From: Acidobacteriota bacterium
GTDB taxonomy: Bacteria > Acidobacteriota > Blastocatellia > RBC074
Length of the DNA stretch: 64,000 nt
Direction: 5' to 3'
Assembly (NCBI GenBank): GCA_033763255.1
Contig: JANRKX010000087.1
Span: 40,075 to 104,074 of the forward strand
Shown here: one piece after another, positions 18,195-29,575 of the stretch
Layout of the letters: every line of letters starts with the position of its first letter
How positions within the stretch are numbered: the stretch's first letter is position 1
Notes under the pieces: generated by a model
Databases searched by the model: none
The model's input: the letters and a program-made list of their open reading frames with translations, nothing else
Told to the model about the DNA's origin: nothing
Position numbers and translations under genes: made by a program

Positions 18195-19124
18195 TTGGCA
18201 CTGAAAGACCTGATCTCGATCAATCACCTGACGCCGAAAGAAGTCCGGCAGATTTTCACCACCACCGCCGACCTGAAAGCCAATCCGCGCAATTACGCTG
18301 AAGCGTTGGCCGGTTGCAGCGTCGCGCTGATTTTTGAAAAGCCAAGTTTGCGGACGCGCGTGACTTTCGATCTGGGCGCAACTCAGATGGGAGCTTCATG
18401 TGTGTATCTGGATCATCAAGGAGTCCGGCTCGGCGAACGCGAATCGGTCAAAGACATGGCTTTGAACCTGGAACGTTGGGTGGATGTGATCGTCGCGCGC
18501 ACTTACAGCCACGAAACCGTGATCGAACTGGCCGAGCATGCGTCGGTTCCGGTCATCAACGGCTTGTCGGAGTTTTCGCATCCGTGCCAGGGGCTGACGG
18601 ATTACTTCACGCTGACGGAAAAGGTCGGCGAAGATTTGAGCGGATTCCACATCGCGTATGTCGGCGACGGAAACAACACGGCGCATTCGCTGATTTTCGG
18701 CGCGGCGAAGCTTGGCGCGCACATCAGCATCGGTTGCCCGAAAGGGTACGAGCCGGATAAAGACGTGCTGAAAGCCGCTCGCAAAGAAGCCCAAAAAACC
18801 GGCGCGAAAATCAAAGTCTTCAACGATCCGTTTGAAGCCGTCGAAGGCGCTCAGGCTGTTTATACCGACGTGTGGGCTTCGATGGGCTTTGAAGCCGAAA
18901 CCGAACGCCGCCGCGAAATCTTTTCGGCGTTCCGCGTCACCAAAAAACTGATGAACGCCGCCGCCAAGGGCGCGTACTTTATGCACTGCCTGCCCGCTCA
19001 TCGTGGCGACGAAGTGGACGCCGACGTGATAGACAGCAAGTGTTCGATTGTTTACGACGAAGCCGAAAACCGGCTGCACACGCAAAAAGGAATCATGCTG
19101 GCGTTGGTGCAAGCCAACCGATAG
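18195..19124 (+). CDS. argF: ornithine carbamoyltransferase
   Basis: Motifs SLRTR, HPCQ and HCLP are present. The N-terminus ALKDLISINHLT matches the OTCase start. The start is placed at the TTG at 18195, 7 nt after an aaggag RBS. The in-frame ATG at 18102 would add a non-homologous 31 aa. Confidence 0.9.
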   Translation: MALKDLISINHLTPKEVRQIFTTTADLKANPRNYAEALAGCSVALIFEKPSLRTRVTFDLGATQMGASCVYLDHQGVRLGERESVKDMALNLERWVDVIVARTYSHETVIELAEHASVPVINGLSEFSHPCQGLTDYFTLTEKVGEDLSGFHIAYVGDGNNTAHSLIFGAAKLGAHISIGCPKGYEPDKDVLKAARKEAQKTGAKIKVFNDPFEAVEGAQAVYTDVWASMGFEAETERRREIFSAFRVTKKLMNAAAKGAYFMHCLPAHRGDEVDADVIDSKCSIVYDEAENRLHTQKGIMLALVQANR

Positions 19125-19147
19125 CAATGATGAATTCAGAATGCTGA

Positions 19148-20935
19148 ATGATGAATGCGAGACTTGGAACAATGAATAACCAGGAAAAGTCAGATACGGA
19201 AAATCCGAGCGAGTCTTCAGAAAAGCAAATTCAGCATTCCGAATTCAGCGTTCCGAAATCAAAAAGTATCGCCCGTTCCGCCGGAATCGTCAGCATAGCT
19301 GTGATGGGCAGCCGCATTCTTGGTTTGGTGCGCGAACAAGCCTTCGCGGCGTTTTTCGGACCCGGCATAGCCAACGATGCGTTCAACATCGCATTCCGAA
19401 TTCCCAACCTGTTACGCGACCTGTTTGCCGAAGGCGCGCTGTCGGCTGCATTTGTTTCTACCTTTTCCCGAACCTTGACGCAAAAAGGCGAGCGCGAAGC
19501 CTGGCGATTGGCCAATCTGGTCAGTAACGGATTGTTTCTGGTGTTGTCGGCGGTGGTACTGACCGGCATAGCCTTCGCGCCGCAGATCGTGGATTTGCTG
19601 GTCGAACCCAGCCGAGAACTGGCCGATCCCGTGCAAGCGCAGTTTGCCTATCAACTGACTGTCAAACTGACGCGCATCCTGTTTCCGTTTTTGCTGATGG
19701 TGTCGTTGGCGGCGGTGGCGATGGGAATTTTGAACAGCAAAGACCGGTACGGCGTTCCGGCGTCGGCTTCGACGATGTTCAACGTCGGTTCGATCATTGG
19801 CGGATTGTTGTGTGCCTATTTGTTCGCGCCGGAATACATTGCCAATGGCGCTTCGGCGTTGTGGCATCAGCAAAAACTTCCGCGCGATGATTTCGGCGCG
19901 GCTTCGGCAATCACCGGCATGGCCATCGGCACGTTGATCGGCGGAATGATGCAGTGGCTGATTCAAGTTCCCAGCCTGCGGTCGGTTGGATTTCGCTGGC
20001 AACCGATTTTGAATTTCCGCGACGAAGGCGTGCGGCAAGTCATGCGAATGATGGCTCCGGCGATCATTGGTTCGGCGGCGTTGCAGGTGAATCTGGTGGT
20101 CAACACGACGTTCGCCACGAGTCTTGGCGAAGGCCGCGTGTCGTGGCTGCAATTCGCGTTTCGATTGATTTACCTGCCGATTGGAATGTTTGGCGTGGCG
20201 ATTTCGACGGCGACATTGCCGGTGGCTTCGCGCGCAGCGGCGGCGGACAACCTGGAAGATTTTCGCCGAACGATTGCCCAGGCATTGCGACTGACGTTTT
20301 TGCTGACCATTCCTTCGGCGGTGGGATTGATCGTGCTGAACAAACCGATCATCGCGCTGATTTACCAACACGGAGGCCGCTTCACCGAATACGACACGGC
20401 GCAAACCGGAATCGCGCTGGCGTACAACGCCATCGGCTTGACGGCGTATTCGGCGGTGCGCGTTTTGGCTCCGGCGTTTTTCGCCTTGAAAGACACGCGA
20501 GTGCCGATGATGGCCAGCTTGTTTTCCATCGTCACCAACTACGTCGTAGCCAAATCCACTGTGGATTATTTCGGCATGGGGCATCGCGGATTGGCGCTTT
20601 CTATCTCGGCGGTTTCGATTGTCAACTTTGCGATTCTGTTCGTGTTTCTGCGACGCAAAGTCGGCAGGATAGAAGGCGGCAGATTGCTTTCGACCTTTGC
20701 CAAAGTCACTGCTGCCGCCGTCGTGATGGGCGGAGTGTGCTGGCTGGTCAGCCAGCAGCTTGAAGCGGCGCTGGGCACGACCAGTTTGCCGGCTCGATTG
20801 ATTGATGTCGGCGTTTCCATTGCCATCGGCATGACGGTGTTTTATCTGGCGGCGCGCGTTTTCAACGTCGGCGAACTGGCTCAAATGACAAACGCGCTGA
20901 AGCGTAAACTTGGCGCTCGATCAACAAAGCAGTAA
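19148..20935 (+). CDS. murJ: lipid II flippase MurJ (MviN)
   Basis: It shows full-length MurJ-like polytopic topology and conserved N-terminal motifs (GSRILGLVREQAFAAFFG, NDAFNIAFRIPNLLR). The exact start is uncertain (19148-19169). Confidence 0.9.
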   Translation: MMNARLGTMNNQEKSDTENPSESSEKQIQHSEFSVPKSKSIARSAGIVSIAVMGSRILGLVREQAFAAFFGPGIANDAFNIAFRIPNLLRDLFAEGALSAAFVSTFSRTLTQKGEREAWRLANLVSNGLFLVLSAVVLTGIAFAPQIVDLLVEPSRELADPVQAQFAYQLTVKLTRILFPFLLMVSLAAVAMGILNSKDRYGVPASASTMFNVGSIIGGLLCAYLFAPEYIANGASALWHQQKLPRDDFGAASAITGMAIGTLIGGMMQWLIQVPSLRSVGFRWQPILNFRDEGVRQVMRMMAPAIIGSAALQVNLVVNTTFATSLGEGRVSWLQFAFRLIYLPIGMFGVAISTATLPVASRAAAADNLEDFRRTIAQALRLTFLLTIPSAVGLIVLNKPIIALIYQHGGRFTEYDTAQTGIALAYNAIGLTAYSAVRVLAPAFFALKDTRVPMMASLFSIVTNYVVAKSTVDYFGMGHRGLALSISAVSIVNFAILFVFLRRKVGRIEGGRLLSTFAKVTAAAVVMGGVCWLVSQQLEAALGTTSLPARLIDVGVSIAIGMTVFYLAARVFNVGELAQMTNALKRKLGARSTKQ

Positions 20936-21918
20936 TGACACAACGAACTCTTTCTTCAGCCATCAGAGGCCTGGCGGTTTCTCTCCTGTTGAAAATTCCC
21001 CAAGCCGCTTTTCTATACGTTCCGATCCTGACCGTCACGTCGTTTTGCGGTGACGTGTTCTGGATGCTGGAACTGACGACGCACTTTCGGTTGCAGTACC
21101 TGCTGCTTGCGACGTTCTTTTTGCTGCTGTTTGCGCTGTTCAAGATGTGGCGTTGGGCTGGCGTGGCGTTGCTGTGTCTGCTGGTCAACGGAGCTTACGT
21201 CTTGCCATGGTATTGGCCAGCCAACCGGGTTCAAGCCGACGCCGGTGGGCAAAAGCTGCGGCTGTTGTTGTCGAATGTGCTGTGGGACAACGACCATCAC
21301 GCGGACGTGATCGAATTTGTCCGGCGGGAAAAACCCGATCTGGCGTTTTTTCAGGAAGTCACCCCGCGCTGGGCAAAGGAGCTTGAAGCTTTGCGCGACG
21401 AATTGCCAGAGTCGCGGCTTTACCCGGAAGATGAAGCAGGCGGCATGGCTGTGTTCAGCCGGTTGCCGTTCGTTCGCGCCGAACAGGCTCCGCTAGCGGA
21501 TTACAACGGCCCGGCGGTGCTGGCTCAAGTGAACGTAGGCGGCAAACTGGTTTCGATCATTTCCGTGCATCCACCACCGCCGGGCGGGAAAAAGAATTTC
21601 GATCATCGAACCGAAATCCTGAACCAAACTGCTGACTTCGTTGGTACTTTCCCGGAGCCGAAAATCGTCATTGGCGATCTGAATACGACGATGTGGTCGC
21701 CGTATTACAAGCGATTTGTCGGGCGAATTGGGCTGATCAACGCGCGCGAAGGTTTCGGCGTGCTGCCTTCGTGGCCGACGTATCTGCCGCCGCTGTTCAT
21801 TCCGATTGACCATTGCTTGATTAGCCGGGAAATTCGCGTTGCCGACATTCGCACCGGCAGCCGAGTCGGTTCGGATCATTTGCCGCTGGTGGTTGATCTG
21901 CAAATCCGAAGTCAATAA
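20935..21918 (+). CDS. endonuclease/exonuclease/phosphatase (EEP) family membrane protein
   Basis: N-terminal TM helices are followed by an EEP fold (...IGDLNTT..., ...SDHLPLVVDL). The start overlaps the murJ stop. Confidence 0.7.
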   Translation: MTQRTLSSAIRGLAVSLLLKIPQAAFLYVPILTVTSFCGDVFWMLELTTHFRLQYLLLATFFLLLFALFKMWRWAGVALLCLLVNGAYVLPWYWPANRVQADAGGQKLRLLLSNVLWDNDHHADVIEFVRREKPDLAFFQEVTPRWAKELEALRDELPESRLYPEDEAGGMAVFSRLPFVRAEQAPLADYNGPAVLAQVNVGGKLVSIISVHPPPPGGKKNFDHRTEILNQTADFVGTFPEPKIVIGDLNTTMWSPYYKRFVGRIGLINAREGFGVLPSWPTYLPPLFIPIDHCLISREIRVADIRTGSRVGSDHLPLVVDLQIRSQ

Positions 21919-22018
21919 AGCAGCCATTGTCAGGCAGGCTCTCGGATGTGAGAATAGCCCCGTTTCCGAGCCATTGTCGGAACAAGCAATCATTCCAATT
22001 ATTCTGAGGTTACAAGAG

Positions 22019-23263
<1,245 letters not shown>

Positions 23264-23304
23264 GGCAGGTTTTCCAACCTGCGGACTAATAAGAGGTGTC
23301 CCAG

Positions 23305-25137
23305 ATGAACGCTACGCAAACTCACGTCAACGGAACTTCCACCAATGGTCATTCTGCTCAAGCTCCGGCGGACGGCGGCAAGTTGATTGTGCTGACTGCC
23401 CCGCTGACTGAAACCATTGACCACGCCGGTTACTTCATTCAAATGGGAATGGCTTCGATGCCTATCTGGATGGAAGGCGTGATGAACAACAAATATCCCG
23501 ACTGGCGCAAAGTCGAATACAACACAGACGGTTCAGCGCGATATATGCCCGCCGGAGTTCGTCTGGTCGAAGCCGCCCTGTTGCGCGAATACAAACCGGA
23601 AGACATCGCCTGTTGTTACCCGGACGACCTGGAAAAATTCGTCGGACCGAACACGCGGGTCATCGCCGTTTCCACGCATAATCCGCTGGGCGTGACCTTT
23701 GCCGCAGGCGTTTACACTTCGATTTTCGGAACGTCGAAGATGCCGATCAATTCGCATTACGCGCGATTGATGTTTGAAAAGATCAAAACTTCGCCGTATC
23801 GCCAAAACTTCAAAGTGCTGGTTGGCGGTTCTGGCGGCTGGCAAATTACGCAAACGCAAACTTTTGAAGAACTCGGCGTGGATTGCGTCGTCGAAGGCCG
23901 CGCCGAATCCGAAGACACAATGGCGCTGTTTCGCAAAGCCATTGCTGGCGAAGACGTGCCACGCGAAATCGAAGTCGCTCACCCCAAAGACCGCGATGCG
24001 TTCCTGGTTCCGAACAAACGCACTACGTTTGGCGTCGTCGAAATGACCACAGGCTGCGGTCGCCGCTGTCAATTTTGCGTGCCTGATCTGAACCCGCAAA
24101 TTGACATGCCCAAAGAAAACATTATGACCGCCGTGCATGCCAACGTCGCGGGAGGCAACAAACAAATCAGCTTGGCGACCGAAGACATGTTCATCTGGGG
24201 ACAGGTTCACACCGACACGCCGTTTTACTTTCCCAACCGCGAAGCCCTGCTTGATTTGTATTCTTCGGTCGTCAACACGCCCGGCGTTGAACAGCATGTT
24301 TTGAGCCATTGCACTATGGCTCCGGCGGTGGTTGATCCGGTGCTGATCGAAAAGCTGTCCGATATGTTGCTGGATAAAAGCCCGCTGCATTTGCCTACGC
24401 TCAGTTCGCATCCGAAAAAGAAAATCCTGGCCCCACTGATCGGTTTGGAAACCGGCTCAACTCGCATCGGCAAAAAGATCATGCCCAGCAAAGGTGTTCC
24501 CTTCCCGATTGATGAATGGCCAAGCGTGATTCTGGAAGGTTTGCGCGTTCTGAACCAAAACAACTGGTTCCCGGTGATGACGCTAATCGTCGGCAGTCCA
24601 GACGAACAGGACGAAGATGTGATGGCGACGCTCGATCTGGTTTATGAAATGGAACGTCGCGGGCTGTTCGCGTTTCTGGTTCCTTCGATCTTCACGCCGC
24701 TGCACGACACGCGCATGCAGGACAAAATGGGCGTAGCCAAAACTCAGGAATTGTCGCCGCTGCAATGGCAATTGCTGATGAAGTGCTGGAAATTCAATCT
24801 GCGCCACGGCCTGTACAGTTGGTGGGGGCCGATTGCCTGGCGCACTGGCGCGCTGGGGCTGTGGCTGTGGAAGCTGCGCAAGATCAACGGGCCTAACTTC
24901 ACCTGGCCGCTGTTCAACTTTGCCGGAGCATTGCCCGAAAGCCTGATGGCCAAGATGGGCAAGATTTACGTTGGCAAACCGTTGAAAACCAAATCGCGCA
25001 AAGAACTGCTGGAAACGATTCGCCCGAATCAGCAACAATTCCTGCGCGAAGATTGCGGCGATCTGCCTGCTGGCTGGAAAGCCGCCAAACCGCTGAGCGT
25101 GCTGAAAGCGGAAGTGATGGCTACCGCTGCCGATTAG
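23305..25137 (+). CDS. radical SAM protein with a large N-terminal (B12-binding-like?) domain
   Basis: A CGRRCQFC (Cx3Cx2C) cluster sits about 250 aa in. The product is about 610 aa. An aagagg RBS is present. Confidence 0.65.
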   Translation: MNATQTHVNGTSTNGHSAQAPADGGKLIVLTAPLTETIDHAGYFIQMGMASMPIWMEGVMNNKYPDWRKVEYNTDGSARYMPAGVRLVEAALLREYKPEDIACCYPDDLEKFVGPNTRVIAVSTHNPLGVTFAAGVYTSIFGTSKMPINSHYARLMFEKIKTSPYRQNFKVLVGGSGGWQITQTQTFEELGVDCVVEGRAESEDTMALFRKAIAGEDVPREIEVAHPKDRDAFLVPNKRTTFGVVEMTTGCGRRCQFCVPDLNPQIDMPKENIMTAVHANVAGGNKQISLATEDMFIWGQVHTDTPFYFPNREALLDLYSSVVNTPGVEQHVLSHCTMAPAVVDPVLIEKLSDMLLDKSPLHLPTLSSHPKKKILAPLIGLETGSTRIGKKIMPSKGVPFPIDEWPSVILEGLRVLNQNNWFPVMTLIVGSPDEQDEDVMATLDLVYEMERRGLFAFLVPSIFTPLHDTRMQDKMGVAKTQELSPLQWQLLMKCWKFNLRHGLYSWWGPIAWRTGALGLWLWKLRKINGPNFTWPLFNFAGALPESLMAKMGKIYVGKPLKTKSRKELLETIRPNQQQFLREDCGDLPAGWKAAKPLSVLKAEVMATAAD

Positions 25138-25152
25138 CAGGACTTCGACTGA

Positions 25153-25623
25153 ATGGAGTACCGATTTACCTCAACGATTTATAAGTTCAGCAGCAATCCC
25201 AGTTTCTGTTGCGTGGACGTGCCCGATGAAGTCAGTGCCAAATGGGGCAGGCGCGTGATGATTCCGGTGGTGGGAACGGTCAATGGCTGCGAATGGCGCG
25301 GCACGTTGCTGCCCAACGGCAACGACGGGCATCGAATGGTGCTCAATGGCCAAATCCGCAAACGAACGCGGGTTGGTTTGGGCGACAGCGTCGAAATCAG
25401 TTTGCAGCTTGATGAAGTTTCGCGTGATGCCGTGATGCCGCCTGAGTTGGAAGAAGCCTTGCGCGAAAACGAATTGCTTGATGTCTTCAACGCAATGTCA
25501 CGGGCTAAACGTAACGCCGCGTTAAAGTGGCTGGAGAGTGCGAAGACTGCTGTCACTTGGGAACGGCGCGTTGAGTCGTTGGTCATGAACCTGCTGCACA
25601 ACAATCTGAAAGGAATCTGGTGA
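25153..25623 (+). CDS. DUF1905 / YdeI-OmpD-associated family protein
   Basis: The N-terminal TIYKF...VPDEV.A.WG matches DUF1905. The C-terminal LLDVFNAMSRAKRNAALKWLESAKT resembles the YdeI-associated domain. Confidence 0.6.
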   Translation: MEYRFTSTIYKFSSNPSFCCVDVPDEVSAKWGRRVMIPVVGTVNGCEWRGTLLPNGNDGHRMVLNGQIRKRTRVGLGDSVEISLQLDEVSRDAVMPPELEEALRENELLDVFNAMSRAKRNAALKWLESAKTAVTWERRVESLVMNLLHNNLKGIW

Positions 25624-25648
25624 GCAAAAGAGACCAGCAACTGTTTGG

Positions 25649-26662
25649 ATGACGGAAGCTGGAGTTCTTTTGCAGGAGGAAGTCTTGATTTCCACCAAAG
25701 ACGTTTCGCTTGAAAACATTCGCGCCGCGCGCGAAGTTGTGTATCGCATCTTGAAGCCTACGCCGACGATGAAGTATCCGTTGCTGGATGCTGAACTCGG
25801 CGCGCGGGTCTGGTTGAAGCACGAAAATCATTTGCCCACCGGAGCTTTCAAAGTACGCGGCGGATTGAACTTCATGCATCACTTTGCGGCGGAAAGAACG
25901 CATCACGGAGTCATCACAGCTACGCGGGGCAATCACGGGCAATCGGTAGCTCTCGCCGCGCAGCTTCATTCCACTCCGGCAACCATCGTCGTGCCCTTTG
26001 GCAACAATCCCGAAAAGAACGAAGCGATGAAAGCTTACGGCGCTCGGCTGGTGGAATACGGACGCGATTTTGATGAAGCTCGCGTTGAAGTCGCCCGGCT
26101 GGCCGAAGCTGAAAACCTGCGCTTCATTCATTCGTCCAACGAACCTCACTTGCTGAACGGCGTGGGAACTTACGCGCTGGAAATTATCGAAGCGTTGCAA
26201 GAACGCGGCGAACAAGCCGATGCCATCTTCGTTCCCATCGGAATGGGCAGCGGCGTTTGCGGAGTGATTACGGCGTTTCGCGCTTTGTCGCCCGAAACCA
26301 AAATTTACGGAGTTCAAGCCGAAGCCGCTCCGAGTTATTACCTGTCCTGGAAAGCGGGCAAAGTCGTCGGAACTGAAACCGCAGACACTTTTGCCGACGG
26401 AGTGGCTACGCGAGCGCCTTCGGAATTCGCTCTGGAAATTATCCAGAGCGGTGTGGACGATATCGTGCTGGTCAGCGATGACGAAATCCGCGAAGCGATT
26501 CGGTTGCTGTGGCGCACGACTCACAACCTGCCCGAAGGCGCAGGCGCAGCGGCGACAGCGGCGGCAATCAAGATGCGCGAACAATTGGCGGGAAAGAACG
26601 TCGTCAACGTCATCACCGGTGGCAATCTGGATTCCGTCACCGTTTCACAGATTTTCAACTAA
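25649..26662 (+). CDS. threonine/serine dehydratase-family PLP enzyme (fold type II)
   Basis: The PLP-lysine motif TGAFKVRGG and a glycine-rich loop (GMGSGV) are present. Confidence 0.8.
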   Translation: MTEAGVLLQEEVLISTKDVSLENIRAAREVVYRILKPTPTMKYPLLDAELGARVWLKHENHLPTGAFKVRGGLNFMHHFAAERTHHGVITATRGNHGQSVALAAQLHSTPATIVVPFGNNPEKNEAMKAYGARLVEYGRDFDEARVEVARLAEAENLRFIHSSNEPHLLNGVGTYALEIIEALQERGEQADAIFVPIGMGSGVCGVITAFRALSPETKIYGVQAEAAPSYYLSWKAGKVVGTETADTFADGVATRAPSEFALEIIQSGVDDIVLVSDDEIREAIRLLWRTTHNLPEGAGAAATAAAIKMREQLAGKNVVNVITGGNLDSVTVSQIFN

Positions 26663-26803
26663 CCCGTTTGGAGTGCGGTGACTTGTCACCGCTTTTCGTT
26701 CTCAACCGAAAGCTTTCGGGAAACCGAATGCTTGCCTTGAGAAAGCAAAAGCTGCGACCAGTCGCAGCACTCCAAATTTCCCCTTTTGGAAGCTACGACA
26801 CCC

Positions 26804-27661
26804 ATGACAATCAAAACTCTCCTCATACTCGCGCTCGCAGGTTTCACGGTGTTTTTCGTCGTCACGTTGGCTGCGGCTATGAAGAAAAATCGCGGCGAAA
26901 CTCCGTCGTTGCTGCAAACGGCAATCGGCTTTGTCACAAATTTTTTCGACACGCTGGGCATCGGATCGTTTGCGCCGACGACGGCGATCTTCAAGCTGAA
27001 AAAACTCGTTCCAGACGAACTGATTCCCGGAACGCTGAACGTCGGCCACACGCTGCCGACGATCACGCAGGCGTTGATCTTCATCACCATCGTCGAAGTC
27101 GAGCCAATCACATTGTCGCTATTGATTCTGGCGGCAGTGCTGGGCACTTGGCTGGGCGCAGGTGTAGTTTCCAAATGGCCTCGCCGCAACATTCAAATCG
27201 GCATGGGCGTCGCGTTGTTGGTTGCGGCTGGGCTGACACTGCAAGCGATATATGACCAAAAAGTCGCTGGGGGAACTGCGTTGCAATTGACAGGCGTCAA
27301 ACTGGCTCTTGGTTTTGCCGGCAATTTTGCGCTCGGAGCATTGATGTCTTTGGGGATCGGTCTTTATGGCCCTTGTTTGATTTTGATAAGCCTGCTGGGA
27401 ATGGACCCGAAAGCTGCCTTTCCGATCATGATGGGATCGTGCGCCTTCCTGATGCCGGTGGGCAGCGCGCGCTTTGTGCGTGAAGGAAGTTTTCAATTGC
27501 GCTCGGCTCTGGGATTGGCGCTTGGTGGAATTCCAGCCGTGTTGCTGGCGGTTTATATCGTCAAATCAATGCCGCTCAAATATGTGCGGTGGCTGGTGGT
27601 TATCGTAGTCGTTTACACAGCGGTCATGATGTTGCGCTCGGCGCTGGCGGAAAAGAAATGA
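26804..27661 (+). CDS. TSUP (TauE/SafE) family sulfite/anion exporter
   Basis: There are 7-8 TM helices and an internal duplication typical of TauE/SafE. Confidence 0.8.
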   Translation: MTIKTLLILALAGFTVFFVVTLAAAMKKNRGETPSLLQTAIGFVTNFFDTLGIGSFAPTTAIFKLKKLVPDELIPGTLNVGHTLPTITQALIFITIVEVEPITLSLLILAAVLGTWLGAGVVSKWPRRNIQIGMGVALLVAAGLTLQAIYDQKVAGGTALQLTGVKLALGFAGNFALGALMSLGIGLYGPCLILISLLGMDPKAAFPIMMGSCAFLMPVGSARFVREGSFQLRSALGLALGGIPAVLLAVYIVKSMPLKYVRWLVVIVVVYTAVMMLRSALAEKK

Positions 27662-28923
27662 ACTTAAAACTTACCGAAGAAGACCGCGCGCAGCTTGCGG
27701 GCGAACGCGGCGAAGCGAATCGTCTGGCGATGTCTGTCATCGTTCGCATGGCCAATGTCAGCGGAGCCGATTCGTTGATGGACATTGTCGGCGCACACAT
27801 TGACAGCACCGTCTTTCAGGGCGACGCGACGATGGAATTTGCCGAACGCCTGGCAGCGCACGGAGCCAAAGTCGCTGTCCCCAGTTCGCTGAACGTCAGC
27901 GGCGTGGATGAACACGGCTGGCGCGAATGGGCTACGCCGCCGGAGTGGGCGCAGAAAGCTCACCGGCAAATGATCGCGTATCAAAGCATGGGCACAGAAC
28001 CGACGTGGACTTGCGCGCCGTATCAAACCTCGTTTCGCCCGAAGTTCGGCCAGCAAATCGCGTGGGGAGAATCCAACGCCATAGCCTTTGCCAACTCTGT
28101 AATCGGCGCGCGGTCGGAACGCTACCCAGACTTGATGGATGTTTGCGCCGCCATCACCGGGCGAGTTCCTGCGACGGGCTTGCACCTGACAGAAAATCGC
28201 GCCGGGCATTTGCTGCTGCGATTGTCAGGCGTTCCGCGCCGGATTCAGGAAGACGATTCGTTTTACCCAGTGCTCGGTCATTTGATTGGCCGCATCGCGC
28301 AGGAGCGAATCCCGGTTGTCGAAGGTATCGAAGTCATCCCTGCCGAAGATCAACTCAAAGCTTTATGCGCGGCGGTGGCGTCGTCAGGCGCAGTCGCGTT
28401 GATGCACTTGGTCGGAATCACCCCCGAAGCTCCAACCACCGAAGCGGCGTTTCAAAACAAACAGCCTCAGCAAACCGTCACCGTCACGATGGATGATCTT
28501 CGTCAAGCTCGGCGCGAACTGACCACAGCCGACGGAGAAAAGCTGGATATGGTGGTGCTGGGCAGCCCGCATTTTTCATTGGCTGAATTCAAAAAGCTGG
28601 CTCCGCTGCTTGTCGGCAAACGCCGCAATCCAGACGTGCAGTTTTTGGTCACGTCCAGCCGGTTGATGTGCAATCTGGCAGAGCAAGCCGGTTACATCGA
28701 ACCGCTGAAAGAATTCGGCGGCAAGCTGACCGTGGACACCTGCATTTTGACTACGCCGATGCTGCACCCTGAAATCAAAAACTTGATGACGAATTCGGCG
28801 AAGTACGCTTACTACTCGCCGGGTTTGTTGAGCACGCAAGTCGTGTTTGGCCGATTGGAAGATTGTGTGCAGTCGGCTGTCGAAGGCCGAGTTATTCGAG
28901 ACGAGTCCTTATGGAAAAGGTAA
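27658..28923 (+). CDS. aconitase X catalytic (large) subunit, AcnX/DUF521 family
   Basis: It shows full-length similarity to the AcnX catalytic domain. The start ATG overlaps the upstream stop (ATGA). Confidence 0.75.
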   Translation: MNLKLTEEDRAQLAGERGEANRLAMSVIVRMANVSGADSLMDIVGAHIDSTVFQGDATMEFAERLAAHGAKVAVPSSLNVSGVDEHGWREWATPPEWAQKAHRQMIAYQSMGTEPTWTCAPYQTSFRPKFGQQIAWGESNAIAFANSVIGARSERYPDLMDVCAAITGRVPATGLHLTENRAGHLLLRLSGVPRRIQEDDSFYPVLGHLIGRIAQERIPVVEGIEVIPAEDQLKALCAAVASSGAVALMHLVGITPEAPTTEAAFQNKQPQQTVTVTMDDLRQARRELTTADGEKLDMVVLGSPHFSLAEFKKLAPLLVGKRRNPDVQFLVTSSRLMCNLAEQAGYIEPLKEFGGKLTVDTCILTTPMLHPEIKNLMTNSAKYAYYSPGLLSTQVVFGRLEDCVQSAVEGRVIRDESLWKR

Positions 28924-29131
28924 CGGCTCAGCCTCCTCGCCGCGTTAGCGGCGTTTGAATTTAGCCGTGGTTTTCAAACCACGGTAAGAGGCAGTATTCC
29001 TTCCTCGTCGCGTCAGCGACGGTTGAATTCAGTCGTCGCTAACGCGACGAGAAGATAATTTCACCACTACCCGGCGTTGAAACGCCGGGCTAATATCAGC
29101 CGCCGCTACGGCGGCGAAGAACAGGCTGAGC
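28924..29131. repeat. cluster of about six GC-rich stem-loops with a 32-bp imperfect direct repeat, separating the two AcnX subunit genes
   Basis: Unit 1 (28936-28967) and unit 2 (29004-29035) are about 80% identical. Hairpins include cgccgc-gtta-gcggcg, ccgtggtt-ttca-aaccacgg, cgtcgc-gtca-gcgacg and cccggcgtt-ga-aacgccggg. The flanking ggctcagcc/ggctgagcc can pair. Confidence 0.5.
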
Positions 29132-29137
29132 AGTTAC

Positions 29138-29566
29138 ATGGAAAGAATGATAGAAGGCAAATCGCTGGTCGCTGGCGCGGCAAAAGGCCTGGCGTTGGTG
29201 ACAAACGAACCGCTCAGTTTTTGGGGCGGGTACGATCAATGGACTGGCGAAATTATTGATCGTCGGCATCCGCTGTCGGGCGAAAACGCCAAAGGCAAAG
29301 TGTTGGTCGTTCCGGCTTCGCGCGGGTCTAGCACGACGACGGCTGTGCTGCTGGAAGCGATTCGCAACGGCAACGCTCCGGCGGCAATTGTGGTCAGTTG
29401 TGTGGATCGGTTTTTCGCGCTGGCTTCGATTGTCGCCGATGAAATGTACGCCAGGCCGATTCCCGTCATCGCGCTTTCAGAAGAAGAATTTGCCAGCCTG
29501 AACAACGGCGAACAGATCGAAATTTTCAGCGATGGGCGATTGATGGTTGAAAATGCAATCAGATGA
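29138..29566 (+). CDS. aconitase X swivel (small) subunit, DUF126 family
   Basis: It shows the DUF126 pattern (GEN.KGKVLV.P...GS...A..L). Confidence 0.7.
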   Translation: MERMIEGKSLVAGAAKGLALVTNEPLSFWGGYDQWTGEIIDRRHPLSGENAKGKVLVVPASRGSSTTTAVLLEAIRNGNAPAAIVVSCVDRFFALASIVADEMYARPIPVIALSEEEFASLNNGEQIEIFSDGRLMVENAIR

Positions 29567-29575
29567 CAGTCGCGA

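Noticed and set aside
19412-20884. 490-aa minus-strand ORF overlapping murJ
   Set aside because: It is antisense to murJ and extremely Arg/His/Gln-rich.
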